From the IMG/VR virus record IMGVR_UViG_3300037424_001802, positions 1 to 42,343 of that record: 42,343 nucleotides of DNA; one strand, given 5' to 3'. The position numbers and the translations under genes are program-made. The stretch comes from a virus. Its lineage: Duplodnaviria; Caudoviricetes. Below the pieces are notes generated by a model. That model did not search any database. It worked only from the letters and a program-made list of their open reading frames with translations, and was not told the DNA's origin. Shown piece after piece: positions 38,521 to 42,343 of this stretch. Positions within the stretch are counted from its first letter, which is position 1; each line of letters begins with the position of its first letter.

Positions 38521-38556
38521 ATCATTATAACGTCTTTTTATAACAAAAACATCAAT

Positions 38557-38593
38557 AATTTTACTTGCTTTTAAAGAAAAAATCTGATTTATT
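38557..38593 (+). promoter_or_regulatory. Putative promoter for the lysis/glycosylation module, with AATTTTACTTG motif
   Basis: TTGCTT (38565-38570), 17 bp spacer, TTTATT preceded by TGn. Confidence 0.5.
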
Positions 38594-38626
38594 GATAGAG
38601 AAGTACTAAATTTTAGGACGAAAGTT

Positions 38627-38754
38627 ATGGTAAGAGTTTATGACATAATTTGCAAAAAATGTTGGTTTCAGTGGAAAACTAAAACCAGCCTGAAAAATGC
38701 CCTAAATGTAAAAATAAAGATTTAGATATTCAAAGTGAACTTAAGGAAGATTAG
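38627..38754 (+). pseudogene. Frameshifted zinc-ribbon mini-gene
   Basis: MVRVYDIICKKCWFQWKTK in one frame and NQPEKCPKCKNKDLDIQSELKED in the -1 frame; one extra A in AAAA (38681-38684) joins them. Confidence 0.6.
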
Positions 38755-38763
38755 TGAGATGAA

Positions 38764-39084
38764 ATGGTTGAAATTATTGAATATATTAAGCTCCACATTG
38801 ATGGCAGTAAGTTTATTTTCATTATTATTGGTATTGTTGGTTTCTTTCTTAAAATAATAGCAAAGTATATACAGAAGAAACTTAATGAACTTGAGAAACT
38901 GAAAGACGAAGTAAAAAGCATAGCAAATAGAGTTGAGATATATGACATGAGACAAGAAGGCCGTGAAGGATTTACTTCAACTGTATCCGATCATGAAACG
39001 AGACTCAGGGTGCTCGAGGAATTAGAACGAAGACAAAACAATATACCGATAAATTTTAAGGATAGAAGGAGAGCAAAGGAATGA
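38764..39084 (+). CDS. Single-TM coiled-coil protein, holin-like
   Basis: FIFIIIGIVGFFL TM segment, DHETRLRVLE; coupled to the peptidase gene. Confidence 0.55.
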   Translation: MVEIIEYIKLHIDGSKFIFIIIGIVGFFLKIIAKYIQKKLNELEKLKDEVKSIANRVEIYDMRQEGREGFTSTVSDHETRLRVLEELERRQNNIPINFKDRRRAKE

Positions 39085-39662
39085 AATACGATATAAAGTA
39101 CAACAGCCAACGCAACAATAACTCCTTTGATGGTAAATTTCCAGCATACTCGCAATGCTTCTCTACTTCTACTTTCATGCTAATGTCTTTTTACTCATTT
39201 GAAATAGATGCACTTGATGATCGGCAACTCGCTAAATATGTTGATGATGTAGAAATTTCCGTGGGTATTATTCCCGGACTCGCGGAAGAACTCCGTAAAA
39301 AGAATCCAAAAGTAACTGGTTATACCTCTCTTTTCTGGGAGATACAACACGCAGGATTAAACAAATGGCTTCATGAGAAAGGAGTTCAAGGTAATGCCAT
39401 GCTTAATCTTAATGCTTCCTTTGCAGATATAAGGCAAGTATTAAATTCCGGTCCAGTTGTTATAGGTACAAATAAAATGGGAAACCTCCCCGGCGGACAT
39501 GTGATCCTGGGCGTTGGAAAAGATGATTTAAGTATAATTTGTTTAGACCCATTTGGTGATGCTCGCAACAATTATACAGATGGAACCGGAGACTCAGTTT
39601 ATTATTATGATGAATTTTTAAAGAAATATTTTACCGGAAGAATATTATACTGGAGATCATAA
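39081..39662 (+). CDS. C39-family cysteine peptidase, candidate endolysin
   Basis: YNSQRNN...QCFSTS...GGHVIL...CLDPFG (Cys-His-Asp). Confidence 0.75.
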   Translation: MKYDIKYNSQRNNNSFDGKFPAYSQCFSTSTFMLMSFYSFEIDALDDRQLAKYVDDVEISVGIIPGLAEELRKKNPKVTGYTSLFWEIQHAGLNKWLHEKGVQGNAMLNLNASFADIRQVLNSGPVVIGTNKMGNLPGGHVILGVGKDDLSIICLDPFGDARNNYTDGTGDSVYYYDEFLKKYFTGRILYWRS

Positions 39663-39663
39663 A

Positions 39664-39927
39664 ATGAAAAAAATACTCATTATAGTGTTAATTATTCTAT
39701 TTCTTGTTTTACCATTATTCGCGGAAGAAGCAAAGAAACCGATAATTAAATATAAAGTTCCCGAAGTAACCTTATTAATTTCCGATGGAGTCGCTTTTAT
39801 ATAACGCATAGGTGGCCTTCAATATATTTTTATTATTCATCAAAGTGGTGCCGCCCTCATACAGATGCAAGAAAATGATAAAGATGGTAAAGTCATAATG
39901 AAAAAATGTGAATGTGAAAACATCTAA
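39664..39927 (+). pseudogene. Signal-peptide protein interrupted by an in-frame TAA at 39802-39804
   Basis: MKKILIIVLIILFLVLPLFAEE...VAFI*RIGGLQYIF...DKDGKVIMKKCECENI; the full frame fills the gap between neighbours. Confidence 0.6.
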
Positions 39928-39939
39928 GAGGAGAACACC

Positions 39940-40272
39940 ATGGAAAGCAAATTAGAGCAGGAAGCCAAAGACGTTAGTATGGGATATTGTGAGCATCATA
40001 CGGAATTCGAAAATAAAATAAATTGTATCATTGAAGTTCAGGAAGATAAAATGATGGATATATGGAAAATGACAAAGGGCGAACTGTACAAGATCGTCTT
40101 AGATAGTCAGGAAGTAATTTTAGGGCATATCAATGGTCTCAAGGATATGGTGACTAACTTTTTAAATACAACAGCCCGGGCAACGGAAAGGCATGACAAA
40201 GAAATAGAGAAGCTGAATATCCGTATGCAACAGATAGAAAAAAGATATCATGATGGGAGAAAGAAGGAGTAG
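39940..40272 (+). CDS. Hypothetical coiled-coil protein
   Basis: GAGGAG RBS; heptad pattern at the C-terminus. Confidence 0.7.
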   Translation: MESKLEQEAKDVSMGYCEHHTEFENKINCIIEVQEDKMMDIWKMTKGELYKIVLDSQEVILGHINGLKDMVTNFLNTTARATERHDKEIEKLNIRMQQIEKRYHDGRKKE

Positions 40273-40275
40273 TAT

Positions 40276-40620
40276 ATGAAAACAAAAGAGCATAAAATAT
40301 TAAAGGCAATGTTTTATAGTGGTGGAGAACTTTATATGCCATGGGTTTACGCTTTTGTGTTTCTATTTATTATAGCTCTATATTTAATTGTGCGATTGAT
40401 TTCCCCACTTGGAGTAACGGATAAAGTACATCTTTCTGATGATTTAATAATTAAATTATTTTACGGAGTAGTCGGACTTATCGGAGTAGCAACAGCAGGA
40501 AGGGCTTTAAAAAATAATAAAAATAATAGTAACGACATAAATAAAGCCTTTGATAAGGTAAGAGGTTTGGAAGAGCAAGTTAAAAATGTGATAGGTCCGG
40601 ACACGGATCTTCATATGTAA
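40276..40620 (+). CDS. Two-TM membrane protein, holin-like
   Basis: Two hydrophobic segments and a charged C-terminus; AAGGAG RBS. Confidence 0.55.
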   Translation: MKTKEHKILKAMFYSGGELYMPWVYAFVFLFIIALYLIVRLISPLGVTDKVHLSDDLIIKLFYGVVGLIGVATAGRALKNNKNNSNDINKAFDKVRGLEEQVKNVIGPDTDLHM

Positions 40621-40651
40621 AAAATATAAAAAACAGGAGAGAGCAAAATCT

Positions 40652-42232
40652 ATGGGTAGTAACGGAGTATCGTTTTTAATTCCGGCGCGTAATGAGAAGT
40701 ATCTACAAAACACAATTGATAACATTCTACAAAACATCCGGGGAGACAGTGAAATTATTGTAGTATTAGATGGCTATGTACCAGATCCTCCGATTGTTTG
40801 TACGGATAGCCGGGTGATGTTTATAAAGCATGAAACGTCTATAGGGCAACGAGCTGCGATCAACGAAGCGGCGAGGGCATCAACGAAAGATTTTATTTTC
40901 AAGGCCGATGCGCATTGTGCAATAGATGAGGGTATGGATACAAAGTTGATGGCAGATTGCGAGTATGATTGGACCGTCATACCTCGCATGTACAATCTTG
41001 ACATAGAAACATTTAAACCTAAGTTCAATAAGCGTACCGATTACATGATGGTTAGTTGGAATGACAAAAATGAGTTAAGATCTTTATATTATACTGGTAA
41101 AGATTTTCGTAAATGGCATGATAGATCGGAATTAATAGACGATACAATGTGTAATATGGGGCCTGGATTTTTTATGCATAAAAAACGATTCATTGAAACA
41201 GGCATGTGTGATGAAGGGCATATTGGGGGTTGGTCGATGCAAGGAATAGAAACAAGTTGTAAAGCGTGGCTTTCAGGAGGGCGATTAGTTGTAAATAAAA
41301 AAACATTTTTTTCACATTGGTTCCGAGGAAACATAGGCTTTCCTTACCCTATGTCAGGAAGAACTATAGATAAAGCCCGCAAATATTCTATGGATTTGTG
41401 GTTAAACAATCGTTGGCCTCAACAAACAAGAAAATTTTCATGGTTAGTTGAAAAATTTTGGCCAGTGCCGGGATGGACAGAAGAAGATATAGCTGCATTA
41501 AAAGAGCAGGAAAGAACCGGTGAAGATTACATGACTATTAGAAAAAGATTAATAGAAAATAAAAAACAAAAGGAAGATAAAATAAAAATGAAGGAAAAAG
41601 AAAAGGGATTGCCAAATAATGCAGGAGTAAATATAGATGAACTGCATAGAATTTTTTATAAGAATGTACATTTAAAAGGTAGAGATTTACGTTGGAAAGG
41701 ATTACGCATGATTAAATTACCCATGGATATCTGTTTATACCATGAAGCAATTTGGGAAAGGAAACCTGATTATATGGTGGAAATAGGTACCGCATTCAGC
41801 GCCTCGGCCGTCTTCTTTGCTGATATGCTAAGATTAGTAGGGAATGGTGGTAAAGTAATAAGTATTGACCCTAGTCCACGATCTCCTGTAGTAGAAGACC
41901 CTGATATAACTTATTTAACCGGTGATTCAAAAGATCCCGAGATAGTCAAAAAAGTAAAAGAAATTATTGGAGATAAATCGTGTATGGTAAGTGTAGATGG
42001 AGACCATTCCAAACACCAAGTACAATGGGATCTTTACCGATATAGAGATGTTGTTACTCCAGGACAATTTTTAGTTTGTGAAGACTGCTACGATAGAAAC
42101 GGAGCGAAATATGGTCCTAAACTGGCACAGGAATGGTTTTTAGCAAAGCATAAAAATTTTGAATTACTACATCCCGAAGCAAAATATCTTATAGGATTTA
42201 CCCGGGATTCATGGCTTTTAAGGAGGAAATAG
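40652..42232 (+). CDS. GT-A glycosyltransferase (ppGalNAc-T-like motifs) fused to a CmcI-family SAM O-methyltransferase
   Basis: SFLIPARNE, EIIVVLDG, KADAHC, G.CDEG..GW...GIE.S.KAWLSGG...SHWFR...PY; then WKG...KLPMD...HE.IW..KPD..VEIGT...VDGDHS...PGQFLVCED. Confidence 0.88.
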   Translation: MGSNGVSFLIPARNEKYLQNTIDNILQNIRGDSEIIVVLDGYVPDPPIVCTDSRVMFIKHETSIGQRAAINEAARASTKDFIFKADAHCAIDEGMDTKLMADCEYDWTVIPRMYNLDIETFKPKFNKRTDYMMVSWNDKNELRSLYYTGKDFRKWHDRSELIDDTMCNMGPGFFMHKKRFIETGMCDEGHIGGWSMQGIETSCKAWLSGGRLVVNKKTFFSHWFRGNIGFPYPMSGRTIDKARKYSMDLWLNNRWPQQTRKFSWLVEKFWPVPGWTEEDIAALKEQERTGEDYMTIRKRLIENKKQKEDKIKMKEKEKGLPNNAGVNIDELHRIFYKNVHLKGRDLRWKGLRMIKLPMDICLYHEAIWERKPDYMVEIGTAFSASAVFFADMLRLVGNGGKVISIDPSPRSPVVEDPDITYLTGDSKDPEIVKKVKEIIGDKSCMVSVDGDHSKHQVQWDLYRYRDVVTPGQFLVCEDCYDRNGAKYGPKLAQEWFLAKHKNFELLHPEAKYLIGFTRDSWLLRRK

Positions 42233-42233
42233 G

Positions 42234-42343
42234 ATGAGTAGACCCTTTTTATATATAGATAATGGGGAAACAAAAATATGTAGTAAATGTAATAAAGAGA
42301 AGCCTATAAAAGAATTTAGAAAAATAAAAAATAAGACATTGTT
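42234..42343 (+). CDS. 3'-partial Zn-finger protein, probably an endonuclease VII/HNH-type N-terminus
   Basis: MSRPFLYIDNGETKICSKCNKEKPIKEF after GGAGG. Confidence 0.5.
   Translation, partial: MSRPFLYIDNGETKICSKCNKEKPIKEFRKIKNKTL

Noticed and set aside
38254-38574. 106-aa plus-strand ORF
   Set aside because: It overlaps two better-supported minus-strand genes and has no RBS or recognisable features.
39802-39804. Stop-codon reassignment
   Set aside because: TAA, TAG and TGA all end well-defined genes, and the long genes are intact in the standard code.
1-42343. tRNA, rRNA, integrase or transposase
   Set aside because: None recognised by eye and intergenic space is small; tRNAscan/Infernal would be needed to exclude RNAs formally.

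Overview
AT-rich segment of a tailed dsDNA phage or prophage with a contractile (myovirus-type) tail; almost all genes are on the + strand. Order: 3' end of the terminase large subunit; about 7.7 kb of accessory genes (two HNH-AP2 and one LAGLIDADG free-standing endonucleases, a metallophosphoesterase, nucleotide-modification-associated domains); a promoter and highly structured leader; portal, scaffold, HK97-type major capsid and three tandem cement/decoration paralogs; head-tail genes and two large fibre-like proteins; sheath, tube, a -1 frameshifted tail chaperone, tape measure and baseplate; a small reverse-strand moron; a lysis-like region; and a glycosyltransferase-methyltransferase fusion. 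The strongest candidate for a new system is mucin-type virion O-glycosylation. Three different structural proteins (a capsid cement paralog, baseplate J, baseplate I) each carry a related Ser/Pro 'SSSP' tract, and the phage encodes a GT-A enzyme with polypeptide GalNAc-transferase-like motifs fused to a CmcI-family O-methyltransferase. Other signals: an LRR cassette of four identical 48-nt blocks alternating with variable 45-nt blocks, a shared promoter motif before three modules, strong CCGG enrichment, and two disrupted small genes. All family assignments come from motif recognition by eye; no searches were run.
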